The position numbers were made by a program, and so were the translations under genes. Below the pieces are notes generated by a model, which saw only the letters and a list, made by a program, of their open reading frames with translations, did not search any database and was not told where the DNA came from. This document shows positions 51,240-64,000 of a stretch of DNA of 64,000 nucleotides, piece by piece. Origin of the DNA: Geosiphon pyriformis uo1 (taxonomy: Eukaryota; Fungi; Glomeromycota); contig JAAOMT010000648.1 of assembly GCA_016748015.1 (NCBI GenBank), positions 124,001-188,000 of the forward strand, given 5' to 3'. Within the stretch, counting starts at the first letter, position 1; every line of letters begins with the position of its first letter.

Positions 51240-54200
51240 AGATACTATTAACATAAAAACACTTTTAAAATCTTAATAACTTAGACCAATTACTTTTAAT
51301 CACAATAATTAATAAGATTTTATTTTTTTATTTTTTTTATTTTTTATTTTTTATTTTTTAATTTTTTTTTATTTTTTTTATTTTTTTTTTGGTAAAGCAA
51401 CAACATTAGAAATTAATTGTTTAAAAAAAATTTTTGTAATAGTTTGGTAAAAAAAAGTTTTTTCTAAGTTTAAATATTAATTTTATCTTGTTAACTTATT
51501 AAAAAATAAAAAACAATACTAAACTATAATAATTGTACTTACTAATTTGGAGAAAAATACAATTTGAATAACATAATTAAAAAAACTAGAACTTTGTACT
51601 TTATAATAAAAAAATTTAGTAATATAACTTTAGACAAAAAATCTTTAAAAACTGATAATTAACTTAACTTAATTATCTATATTAAAGATTTTGAATTAGC
51701 AAAGCTTAAAGCAAATTATGTACAAGCTATAAATTTAATAATAAATGAATTATTTAAATTAAATACCAAATTAAAGCAATTTGGCAAATTAATTAATTAA
51801 AAAATAAAGAAATATTTAGCTAATAATTAAACAATCTATTAATTTTTTTAACATCATAACAATCAAGAAAACTACAATTATTTTTTGAATCAATTATATT
51901 TATTATCATTATTATTATCATTATTAATAAATTAATTATAACAACAAAAAATGTATATTTGTTACTATTATTATAAATAAGAATACTTAAAAACAGACTG
52001 CTATTTAAAGTTTAATAATTTTAGTTCATTAAACCAATAAACAGTATTGCTAAAGGTTTTTGGTTTTTTTTTTTGAATGTTATTATTATTATTTTGGTGT
52101 AAATTTGCTATTACTCAAAGCTATTAAATCTCCAATAATTAAATTTATTTTCAAATTATCTTCTATAATTTGAACTGCTAAATTTATAAGTAGAATAGCC
52201 AATTCTATATCAATTATTTATATAGTTATTTTGTAGTAAAAGTTAATTTTTTCCAAAAATTGTTTATTGTTATGAGATGATTTTTTTAATATATTAAATA
52301 TTAATATCTTATTTTAATTACAATCAGTTTTTTGTGAGTTTTTTAATTCTATTTGTGTGATAATATTAATATTTATACTAAAAACTTTCTTTTAATATTA
52401 TAATATAAGTTATTTCTCAATTCTTAATTTTTATATATATTATATGTTTTTTTCCAGAGACTAAACTAAAATTTACCATTGTCTGGAGTCTTTTTTAAGA
52501 CTATTTTTGCAATTGTTTAATGTGTTTTTTTAATCTAAAAACACAAAATTTTAATAGTTTTTAATGCTTTTTTTAATTCTTACAATAAAGTTTTTATTAA
52601 TTAATAACAATATAAATAATCTTGATCAGAAATTATTCTTTTAAGAGATTTAGTTAATAAATAATAGTTTTATTTAAATAATAATACAAGCAAGTTTCTT
52701 AATACTTTGAGTTATAATTATTCAGTTTTCAATATTTTTTTTATTTTTTTTTGATTAAAGATTTTTGTGAATATTTATTTTAAAAGTAAAAACTAAAAAA
52801 TAATTAAAATAAAATTATTGGATAATTTGTTTGATAACTTGTTTTTATGACTTGTTGTTTTTTTTAATATTAAAAATACTATATATATATATGTTTGTAG
52901 TTTTACAAAAAAACATATTATAATACTTTTTTTTTAATATTTCAATCTTGTGTATGCTGCTATTACCAGTTAATATTAGCCACTATTATAAACCTGTGCT
53001 TATTACTATGTTAATTATTACTTTTCTAAGATTATTGCTGTACTATATTATGATTAAATAATTTATAATTTTTTTGCTAAATTCTTAAATTATAATATTG
53101 TTTAAAAACTTATTTAACAATGTATAATTACTTTGCTGTAAAAGTCAACTTTTCTACAAAAATTTTGTTTATAGACTATTCTAATATATATAATAAAAAA
53201 AGTAAAAAAAAATATAAAAAAAAAGAAATTTTGTTAAAAAAACTGTTATTTGTTTAGATCTAAAGTTATTAATAGATTACTAAAATTGGTAACTAATCAA
53301 TTTTAATATATTAGTTATATTTTGGAGAATTTCAAGTATAAATAATTAATAAATCTGTTTTTAAAGTATTATTTATTAATAAAAGTAAAAATATTTCTAA
53401 AATAATATAATTTTGAATAAGATTATTATTCTTAAGTAAAATAATTTTAAGTAAAAAATATTTTCTTAAAGAAAAAAGCTTTTTTTTTATACAATTTGTT
53501 GTAATACTAGTCTTTAAACTTGTATTTTTTTTTGGTTATTATTTCAATAAATTAAAATATATTTTGATAAACTACAAATTGTTTCTATAAACTATAAATT
53601 ATTTTAATAAACTATTCAGATATTTTTATAAATTTTTACAAATTTTTAAATATTATAGAGTTTAGTGTATTGCATAATCTGATTATTATAATTGTGTATT
53701 ATACAATTGGATTATTAATTGAATAGTAATATTTAATAACTTAATTAAATAATAAGTAATAATTAAAACAATAATAATAGAAATTATAAAAGTAATTTTA
53801 TGTTAATTAATGGCTAAAATTCTACTAATAACAACAGAATTATGTTAGTAGAATTTAGAAAATAAATATGTTTAAAACTCAAAATTTTAAAGTTATTTAA
53901 ATCTTTTGGTTATTTTAGTAAACAATTTATCTAACAATTTAGAAAACCCAAAAACACTACTCATTAATAATATTTTATTAACAACCATTACAGAAAATAA
54001 ATTACTTACTACCATATTTTTTTTAAATTAAAAGACTAAGTAAAAACTCTACTGTTTAGTAAAGTTACTTTTAATACTAAATTAATCATTAACAAATATA
54101 TAAATATTAAAATTAATAGCTATTCTATTAAATTTATCTTTAAGAGTGGATTTATAGGCAGTATTATTATTTAATAACTTATAAGCCAATTAGATTATTA

Positions 54201-57200
54201 AGTTAATTATACTGTCAATGTTAAAATTATTATAGTCAATAAAACTATAAAAACTTTTATTAACAAAATTGATGATTTTTTATTCGAAATTAATGGTATT
54301 ATCACATTAATTAAAGTTTTAATAATAGAAATCATATAGTATTAAACTTTTATTAATAATAATTGGCTGTTCAAAACTAATATTATGCTTGACTAAAATA
54401 TTTAGGAACTCTAATTAACATATATTGGACAGCATAATTGGATATTTGCTATCTATAATTATTTTAAAACTATTTTAAGATGCAATTATTAATTAAAGTA
54501 AAAGAAAAAAACAAAAAATCTATTTAAGAAGCCTATCAAATATTTTGAACAAAAAAAATTTATTAAAAATTACTACTAGTATTTATATAGAAAAAAAAAA
54601 ATAAAAAAAAATAAAAAAAGAGCCATAAACATTAATTTTTGTTTATATAACTTTGAATCAAAAAAATTAGTCTTATTATCTTCTAAAATTAATTTGTGTA
54701 AATTGCAAAAAAATGTTATTTTCAATAAATATATATATAAAAAACAATAAAGTATGACCAATTGCTACCAGATACTATTGTATTTTTGTATACTAAAATA
54801 ATTTAAGCAATTAAAATAACTAAATTTATAAAGAAACTTTTTTTACTGCTGCCTATAGTTAAGCAATTAACTGGCTAAACTTGTATTTTTATAATAAAAA
54901 TAAAATCTGGAAAATAGTTATAATAAAATAAAAAAAGTCACTATTACAGAAATATATATTATTAAAAATACTTCAATAATAGTTAAAAAAATAAATAATC
55001 TGTTTATTGATAACTCTAAAGTATTTTAAAAACATTATTAAGACTTAACATTTACTAAAAAGAACAGAAACAATAATTAGAACATCTAAATACAAAACTT
55101 TGTAAATATTGCTTAATTTTATGTTAATTCAAGTATTGTAATAACTATAATATTGTTTATAATTTACTACTTTGCATAATTTATACCATTTCAAAAAAAA
55201 CCAATTATTGAATATATACAAGAATTAGAATCAAATATTAATCTTAATTTAAATTTTAATAATAATAACAATAACAGTTTTAATATTACTTATAATAAAA
55301 ATAATAACAATAATTCAAATTTAGATTTAAATTCAAAACAATATTTTGTGTTTTTAAATTTTTCAATAAAGCAAAAATTAAAATAGTTTAATAATAATAA
55401 TAAGAGTATTATGCTAAAATGTATATATAATACTAATATAAGATTTGATCTTAAATATTTAAAAAAAGATATTATTATCTTAGAATTTAACTTATATATT
55501 TGTATAAATTTAAAGATAGCAATAATAATTCTAACAACAATAATAGTTTAATTAGCATTTAGATCTAACTTAGCAAAAAAAATTAGTATAAAAGAAAAAT
55601 AGTTAATATAAAATATGTAAAAAATATAATTGTAATATTACAAAATAAATCAGAAAAACCATATACTATTAAACCAAATAAAAAATAACACAGACAATAT
55701 TTCTATTTTTAGTTAAAATAGCTTAATTAGTATTAGTAAAAACAAAAAAAAAATAGAAATAATAGCATAAGGAATTAATAGATTTGCATTAACTAAAAAA
55801 ATTAACATATCAGTAAATATAATAGAAAAAAAATAATTAAAAATATTAAAAATCAACTCCAGATTTTTGAAATAAAACCAACTATTTGTAAATTAAAAGA
55901 AATTATTATTATTAATTTATATTTACTAGTCAAAAACCACAAATATATCAAAATTTTAATTTACAATATTATAAGAAATTTAATAAAACTATTAATTAAA
56001 CTTATTATTAAATACTTAAATACTAAAGTTAAAAAATAACTGCTAACTATTATTTCAGATTTTTTACAACTTTGCAAATATATAAATATTATATTATAAA
56101 TTATTTATAGAAAAAAAATGTTGTTTACTATAACTAAAACAATTAGAGCAAATAAACTTAAGCAATCTAGATCTACTCCAAAAAATACAAATTAAATTGC
56201 TATTTAATAACTTTACTGATATTTTTGCAAGTAAAAATAAATTTAGTAAAACTAATATTATCAAATATTAGATTAAAATTAGAGATATAATATTAACCAA
56301 ACAAAAAGCATACTGAATATTACTTGTTAACTATAAAACTATTTAACAGGAAATCAATTAAATATTAAACAATAGTTTAATTAACTATTTATAAGTCTAT
56401 AGTTATTATTAATTGTTTTAATCAGAAAAAAATAGAAAAATCTAATTTTGTGTAAACTATAAAAAGCTTAATAGTATTATTTATAACAATAATTATTTAA
56501 TTCTATGTATTTAAAAATTATTTAATGCTTTTAAAAAAAAAAAAAAAGTTTAATACTAGATTTAAATAGGGATTATAATAAATAGCCATAAATTCAGCTA
56601 ACAAAAAAAAAAAAATTTTAAATTTAATGTTATGTTTTTTGGCTTAATTAATATATCAACTACTTTTTAATAACTAATAAAAATTATTTATATTAAAATA
56701 CTATAAAATTAATAATTATATATTTAGATAATACCAATATATTTTTCAAAACATTTAACAAATATTTTTATTATTTTTAATAAGTATTTAAAAAGTTAAA
56801 AAAAGCCAGATTAAAATTAAATATTATTAAGTGCTTTTTTAAAAAAACAAAATTCAAGTTTTTGAAACATATTATTAACAAAAACAGCATAAAAACAAAT
56901 TCAGATAAAATTAAAATAGTTAAAAACTTTTTAATACCAACAAATTTTACAGAACTAAAAGCATTTCCAAGATTTACTAAATATTATTAGTATTTTATTC
57001 ACAATTTTTTAAATTGGCTCAACTATTTTATTAACTCCAAGCAAAAAACACCAAATACAAGTAAACAGAACAAAAAGTTTTTAATACATTAAAAAAAACT
57101 TATTTAAATTTTTGTACTAATTTATTTAAATTACAATAAATTATTTATAGCTATTATTAATGTATTTAATTAAGTATTGAGAACAGTTTTATCACAATAA

Positions 57201-57508
57201 AAATTTGATAAACAAGAACATTTAGTAACATATATCAATTAAAATCTAAGTTTAACACAAAAAAATTATAATATTTTAGTATTAGAATATTTAGTCATAT
57301 ATTAAGCTATAATAAAATAGAAAAAATATTTGAGTTAAAAATTTAATATATATACAAATTACAAAGAATTAACATCTATTTAGAAGCAAAAATTTGGAGA
57401 CAATTATCATATAAGATAAAAGATAGAATTATTACTATTTAATTATATAGTATACTATAAAAAAGAAAAAAAAATGGAAATATTGATGAATTGTTCAGAA
57501 TAAAACAA
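51240..57508 (+). mobile_element. Extremely AT-decayed family A-like Gypsy copy (gag, PR, dUTPase, RT, RNase H), cut by a LINE
   Basis: Collinear with 7690-12465; for example 55380-55460 aligns with 10210-10290. It is interrupted at about 52030-53640 by an unrelated or inverted segment. Confidence 0.8.
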
Positions 57509-57645
57509 TTTTTTTTTTATTAACCCATTTAATGAGTGCAGCCCAATTGCTATCTAGTACATAGAACCAAACTAAGAGGCTCAAACTAAATGCAACTCAC
57601 ACATTTTCTACATGTGGCTAGCCACTCAGGCCAGACAAGGCAACA

Positions 57646-60600
57646 CTACACATCTATAACTACCCGTACACTGCCACCCAGACCAGAAAAGAAACAATAA
57701 GGCTTCCGATGACCAAAGCTAACAGCAAAAGAATTGGCCAAACCAAGCAATCTCACAACACCGTCAGACAAAACCGAAGACACATCACAAGGGAGCCCAG
57801 AAACAACACCAATGTCACAGACCAGACCAACCTTCTCCATCACCACCTGGTAACTGGCTCTAGCCAACCATACTTTAGCACGATGTAATCCAACAACGAA
57901 TCTGACATAATCAACAATCCGAGCAGTGGCCACCTTTCTATCCTCAAAAACATCGCAAGCCTCCTCCAGCACAAACCCTTTGCACACCAAAGTGTACAGC
58001 CCAACATCAATGGAACATTGAGACAAAACCCACAACACAGCAGAAGCAGAGGAACCACCAGCCAAAGCTGACCAATGGGCAGAAGCCTCCGCCAAAATCT
58101 CACCACGAATGCCAGACTCATGAACACAAGTAAAAATGTGGTCAGAGAACTCCATCTTACCGCAAAACAAACACAACACACTAGGGTAGCACTTATCATA
58201 CAACCTCTTTCTTACTGCCACTGGCAACCTCCTGTGCACAGCCTTCATAACATAAGTGCGAAGCATTGAGGATGCGCGGCTAGTGAACCCAGCAAGCATA
58301 TGAGAATCAGGATGCCACACCTTCACCGTGACAACCTAATCTATGCAACCAATCATCGCATCCGGAACTACATCACAACCAGGCCCAGCTTCCCAACGAG
58401 CACAACAAATTGATCGAAAAATATTCCTGACAAAATGATGGGCATTACCAGAAACAGCGATACCTTCAGCAACCAAAAAATGTTCATGCACATCGGCACA
58501 AAGAGAAAAGGGAGAACCAGAGGCAGCCCCAGCAGCCAAGTCAGCTCTCACATTACCAGGAATCCCAGAGTGCCTTTTCACCTTAACCCAACTCACGCTG
58601 AGATCCTTATCCCTGACCAAATTGAAAATATGACGCCTTTCCAGCCAGCATTGATTACGGAAATCAGAGGCAACCAAAGACATCTTAGACACACATGTGT
58701 CAATGGCAGCCTGGCTGTCAAGATGTAACACCACAGTACTTGAAGAAGGAACACACTTCAAAGCCAAAGCGACAGCCTGTAACTCGGCCATAGTAGATGA
58801 CAAAAGACCACGAACAGTGACACCAATGCTCTTATCCAAGACTGGAAAGTATGCAGCAGCACCACAGGTGACCTCAGCAGAGCCTGCATTTCTTAAAGAC
58901 CCATTCATGAAAACTTCAAAAAAGCCTGACCAAATGTCATGCAATCTATCTTTAACCACAGAAAATTCCCCAGACCCCAAAATGTCCAAACCAAGCTTTT
59001 CCACAGAGCCAACAGAACCAGAAAATGAGTAACCCTGACCTTTCAAAAACTCAGAAGAAACCACGAACCAGTAAGGCACAGGGCCACACAGATCCAACCT
59101 CTTCCAACGACGAAAAGTTTTCCAATTCAACAAAACACCTTTCTTATCAAAAAGCCGATCACCAAAAATGACACCAAAACGTTTAAGAGATTTGACTGAA
59201 TCAAAATACAGAGACTTTCCAAGAACAGAGGACAACGGGAACTAACCAGGACTACGAAATGCAGTGGGGAGGTTGTTCACCAAAGTAAGCTCATTGCCCA
59301 GAAAGATCTTCACCATTCCAGCCAAAAAATTGTTCACCGGACTAACACACAACCTGACTGAAAACTGCAAAGGATTCAAAGGAGCCCAACTAAGAACCTG
59401 TAGGTCCAAAAACCTATGTCTAAACAAATGCCCAAGAATGCCAAAGGCATTAGAGAACACCATCAAAGCAGCAACCTTCCCTTCTGACTGCACCTGCTCA
59501 AAAGGCTTTAGGCCATACAATGAGGGATGATGCAAAACAGCATCAGGAAAATCATGGGGGAGACAAGCCTTGAATCTAAGACCCTTTCTAACCAAGGCAT
59601 CCCACTTGCAACAAACATTAGATGAGACAAAACTGAACTGAGTATGATAGCTAACAATAGGCTGCAAAACAGCCAACACCAAATAGGAGAATTGTTTGTC
59701 TGTAATAGTCTTCCTAAGCACAACATTGACGAAGAAACATACATCCGTATGAGCCTTAGCAACACTCGGCTTGGAGAGCCCTTCAGTTGACAGAAAAATA
59801 CCTAGATACCGATGTGCTTCCCCTTTCTTGACAATAGAAATTGGCTGACCACAAATGTTCAGTGAAGCAACTTTAACACCCTGATTGATGGGAATAGCTA
59901 TTGTCTTCTCACTATTAATAAAAATATCATTGATCACAAAAAATTCACTGGCAATGTTTAGAGCATATTGAGTAGAAGCCTGACAATTTCCAACCCAGAT
60001 TGTATCATTGACAAATGCACCAGCCGAAAAATATGATGTCAAACCACCACTGCTCTCAATTCTGCCAGATTTTGAAACAAACTTAGTATCAATCCGGTAC
60101 CTACACAATTGTTCGTGCCTTTTAACCTTACACAAAAGCAGATCGTAAAAAATTCTCCAAAGAAGTGGCAAAAAGACCTCACCCTGGTCCAGCCCATCAT
60201 GCACCTTATAACCACCAGACAAACCAAAGTCAGTCATCACTTTATTAACTCTATCCTCATGAATACCACCAAAAAACCTTATGAACCTCTCACACATCTT
60301 AACATGCTGCAAACTAGCTCTTAAATGATGCCACCCAACTGAATCGTAAGCTTTCCGCATATCTTGCAAGACCAACCATAACTCCCTATCCTTCTCAATG
60401 GCATCCTCAATTACCGAACCAACAACAAACACCAGAGATTGTGTTGACGTACCCTTCAGCACCGAAAAGTTGTCACCCTGAAGAACATTGCACTTGCTAC
60501 AAGCCATTGAAATACGGTCAGACAGAATCTTGGAAAGAATCTTCCTGGCAGTCTCAATCAAAGCAATGGGCTGAGTGTTCATAAGAACTCCATCCCAGTC

Positions 60601-62319
60601 ATAAGGCTTAGGAATCATTGACACCCAAGCCTTCTTCCACAAAACAGGCACCACACCACCAGACAAACATTTATTAAACAGCGCCAACAGACACCCCAAA
60701 ACCACCTCACCACCATGTTTCCATAACTCATTAGGAACACCAGACAAACCAGCAGCCTTGCCATCAGGAAGACCACCAACAACAGAAAGTAACTCGCCCA
60801 TACTGATTGCACTCATAACATCTGAAAAAGCATCATCCCGAACATAGTCCAAAGGTGCATACTGACGAGCCCAAAGACCAGGAAGCACTGACTGCATGGA
60901 GTGTTTCCTCGTCCACCCCTCCATTATTCTATCCACACTGGACTTCACTTCTTAAGGCAACAAAACCAGATCATCATCAACTATCAAGTGATCCAACATA
61001 ACCTTATGAAAAAGCTTTTCTAACACACTCCTAATCATACTACCCTTATTCAAACAGAAATTATCCATGTGCTTCTCAATCGCCTTCCTAACCAAAGCTT
61101 CCTCAGCCAACCTTGACTCAAACATCTTCGACCTCCTGTAATCTCTGCGAACCAATGACAAATGCTTAACAACAACATCAGATTTAACACCCGAGCCAAC
61201 CAAGTCCTTGAAAGCACGAGCCTTCACATCATCCAGAGTTGACCATTTACTCACAAGACGATCAGTGCCCAGCAAGTCACCAGAGCAAAATTTCTTGACA
61301 ATCTTGGCCACCAACAATTCCAGACCAAAAAACCTAGAAGAATGTTTGTTTCTCGAACACTTGAATTCACTAAACCAATGCCTCGAAAATGTCACATCAG
61401 CAGAATTCACCACAGCTCCCACCAAAACTGTTCACATAGCATCCACATCACCATGTATTTCGGCACCAGAGAACACCTCACCCAAAGACAAAAGTTTAGC
61501 TGACAAGAGATCCTTAAACTTAGCCCATCCAACACAGTCAGCATTCTTGATTTTGAACTTCCAATGATCCTTATTCGCCTGCTTGCGCAAACTGTTCAAT
61601 TATACATCTAGAAGCCCACTCAAACCGACTGAAACTACAACAGCCTTGTGATCGGTGTCAAAAAAATCTGAAACAGAGACAACTTGATGGTCAGCAACAA
61701 CAGTAGACAAATTACTACCAACAAAAATGTAATCAATTGTTTTCCCAACCCCTTTTGAATTGCTCCACATATAAGAATTAGCCAAATGATGACCAACAAA
61801 TAAATTGACCAAACCTAAACTCAAACAAAACTTGAAACTAGCACTTCTATCAGATCCATTCTCATTAAGGTCCCCACCCAAGATAACAAAATTGCTGGAA
61901 TTGACCGCCTTTGCAATGAGGGTGTTAACTTCAGAAGCCTAACCAAATCTAGCCCCAGAGGAGGCACCAGCATACAACCCCAAAACAGTAACTGAGAGCT
62001 TGCCCTTAAACAAGAGCTGAACAGAAATAACCTGACCAGGAATCTCCTCCACCTTAGATACATGACGGGCCAAAGAAGTGTTCATAACAATCACAACCCC
62101 AGCACCCATGAAACCCTTATCCAAGCCAGAAGAAAATATTTGCACTCCATCAAATTTATCCTTTAACCATGGCCCAGAAGAGGACCTCAACTTAGTCTCA
62201 GTAATAAAAGAAACCATATTTCCCGAGCTCACATGCCAATGAACAACATCTGCTTGCTTCGCGGGAACATTGATACCCCGAACATTGCACATAGCAAATT
62301 TCCAAACCAAACTACTCAT
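57646..62319 (-). pseudogene. LINE ORF2 (APE-RT-RNase H-Zn) with few stops
   Basis: CNVRGIN, ITETKL, GGDLNE, IDYIF, TDH (APE); QDMRKAYDSV, GLDQG, AFVNDT (RT); RNase H; CLFC..EFSDHIFTC. Confidence 0.93.
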
Positions 62320-64000
62320 TGAGATGGAGGAAAAGCCAATGAACCCGATCCAGAATGCAGATGATCCAATTTATCCAAGACCGAGCAAACTGAAGCCTCA
62401 AGAGCCATCATATTTGACTCCAAACTGCCAATCTTGGCAGTCAAAACCTTAGAACTGCTTGGACTGAAATCAACAACTGACCCACCAACATTGGGAGAAG
62501 AAGAGGCAGACGACAACAATGTGCTATCCAAATCCAAACTTGAGTCCATATCTGAAACAACGACAGTTGGAGACACCAAAGGAAGAGCTAAGGGAGAAGG
62601 TGCCAATGGCACCAAGTCAACGAAACTTAATTTCTTTAAAATGAGTAAGACTTGGTCTGCGAGAATTTCCACGGAGCGTTCCAGCACAGCTAGGCAACCA
62701 CCTAAATCAGCGGCATCAGATGAGGAGGAATCCATTGAGAAAGCCTTCAAACCAGAGACCAAACTGACACTAGGAGCACCCGAAAAGACAACACGAGAGG
62801 GAGAACGGCCTGCCACTTGGGCCCACATCTTTCCACCAAAAGAAACTGGACGAGTGACAGGAGCCAACTTCTTCTTATATATCCCAACTAGATGAACCCA
62901 ATCTTGCTCAGAAACCACCCTTCTTCCTCGAACACCAGAATACTCACCCAAGGAACAGTTGACCAAAACATAACCAAATTGTTTACAACGAGCACAACTG
63001 GCCAAAAAAAGACCAGCCCAACGCAAACTCACATTTCTGAAAACTGGAACGGTATCAATAGCAGCCAACTTGGATGTCTTATCATCAAAACAAATTACAG
63101 CACATCTATCACGAACATATGAACTAGGGTTATGGCTGATATAACAAGTCTTCCTACCATATGATTCCAACAAACTGAAGAGATCATGAGCATTGGTGCC
63201 AACTGGAAGAGTATAGAGCAAAGCCCGATACTGATCCCTCAATATCCATGTTTGTTTATCAATATTTGCCTTTGCCACACGGACAGAATCCTTTCCCATG
63301 AGCACAGACCATCTAGCTGCGACCAAATCAGCCATCTCAGATGATTTATATTTCACCAGAGCCTTTTGTCAAAGACCAATAAGCTGCACTTTAATTGAAA
63401 CAATCTTGCCAAACTTGGAAAACACTGCCTCAATTGCCAATTTGGGAAGATCTACTGGGATTTCCTTGACAATCACCTCCCGATCTGAATGGCTGTTTAC
63501 TTTTCTTAAATCATCATTTACCAATATTTTTTCACTGATTGCCATATCCCTCGCCTTAAACAAACTTTTTTCAGATGTAAATGATGACTTTATTATTCCA
63601 GGAAATTTTGAAAAAGTCGAAGTTCCCCCAAAACCATCAACCTGATAAAAAATTTTTTTCACACAAACCAACTTATCACCAATAGTTTTGTCAGGAACGG
63701 CAGATAGCTCAATATCCAATGCAAACGATTTTGACAAAATAAAACTCCGTTTCTCCAGAGCACGTGACCTGACTGGAGGAAGGCAATTGGACCCACAAAA
63801 TTTAGAACTCAGAAGAGGCAGAGTGTCTTCACTATCACTTAGCATGTTGAAAGAGAGAGATGGCGGCTTACTATTCAGAACATAGGTGCGGGTACGCGTC
63901 TTTCTTGGCATGGCATTGTTCATGTCGTCATCCAAATCTGAAACATCCAACACTGCATAGCTAGTTTCCTCAGTGACAACGTTTTCCAAGTTATCCAAGT
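62316..64000 (-). pseudogene. LINE ORF1, 5' end outside the window
   Basis: EAVFSKFGKIVSIKVQL and CARCKQFGYVLVNC; homologous to 24878-26842. Confidence 0.88.

Larger units (their letters stand above)
57509..64000 (-). mobile_element. Young LINE, near full length, extending beyond the window
   Basis: Poly(A) at 57509-57518, long ORF pieces, CpGs retained. Confidence 0.95.

Overview
Eukaryotic, most likely early-diverging fungal DNA. Gene and transposon style suggest Glomeromycotina, possibly Geosiphon-like; this is an inference. Most of the window is retroelement. (1) 579-19330 is a three-level nest: a solo LTR was split by a minus-strand Ty3/Gypsy element (family B), which was split by a plus-strand dUTPase-carrying Ty3/Gypsy element (family A). 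All three have 4-bp target-site duplications. (2) There is a full-length RNase H-bearing LINE (20055-26988), several 5'-truncated LINE copies, an extremely AT-decayed family A copy, and a young LINE running off the right edge. (3) A host gene island at about 33.6-42 kb holds PRMT1/HMT1, ribosomal protein eL33, an F-box gene and an uncharacterised gene. Just upstream of PRMT1 lies a frameshifted Fanzor2 (IS607-TnpB-like RNA-guided nuclease) remnant whose structured 3' end looks like an intact omega-RNA scaffold. The Gypsy elements have an unusual layout: a U_UUA_AAC -1 frameshift signal in family B, a stand-alone integrase ORF, a shared unknown ORF3 in the env position, and Cys-rich inserts. 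The repeats decay almost entirely by C>T/G>A transitions, which is RIP-like.
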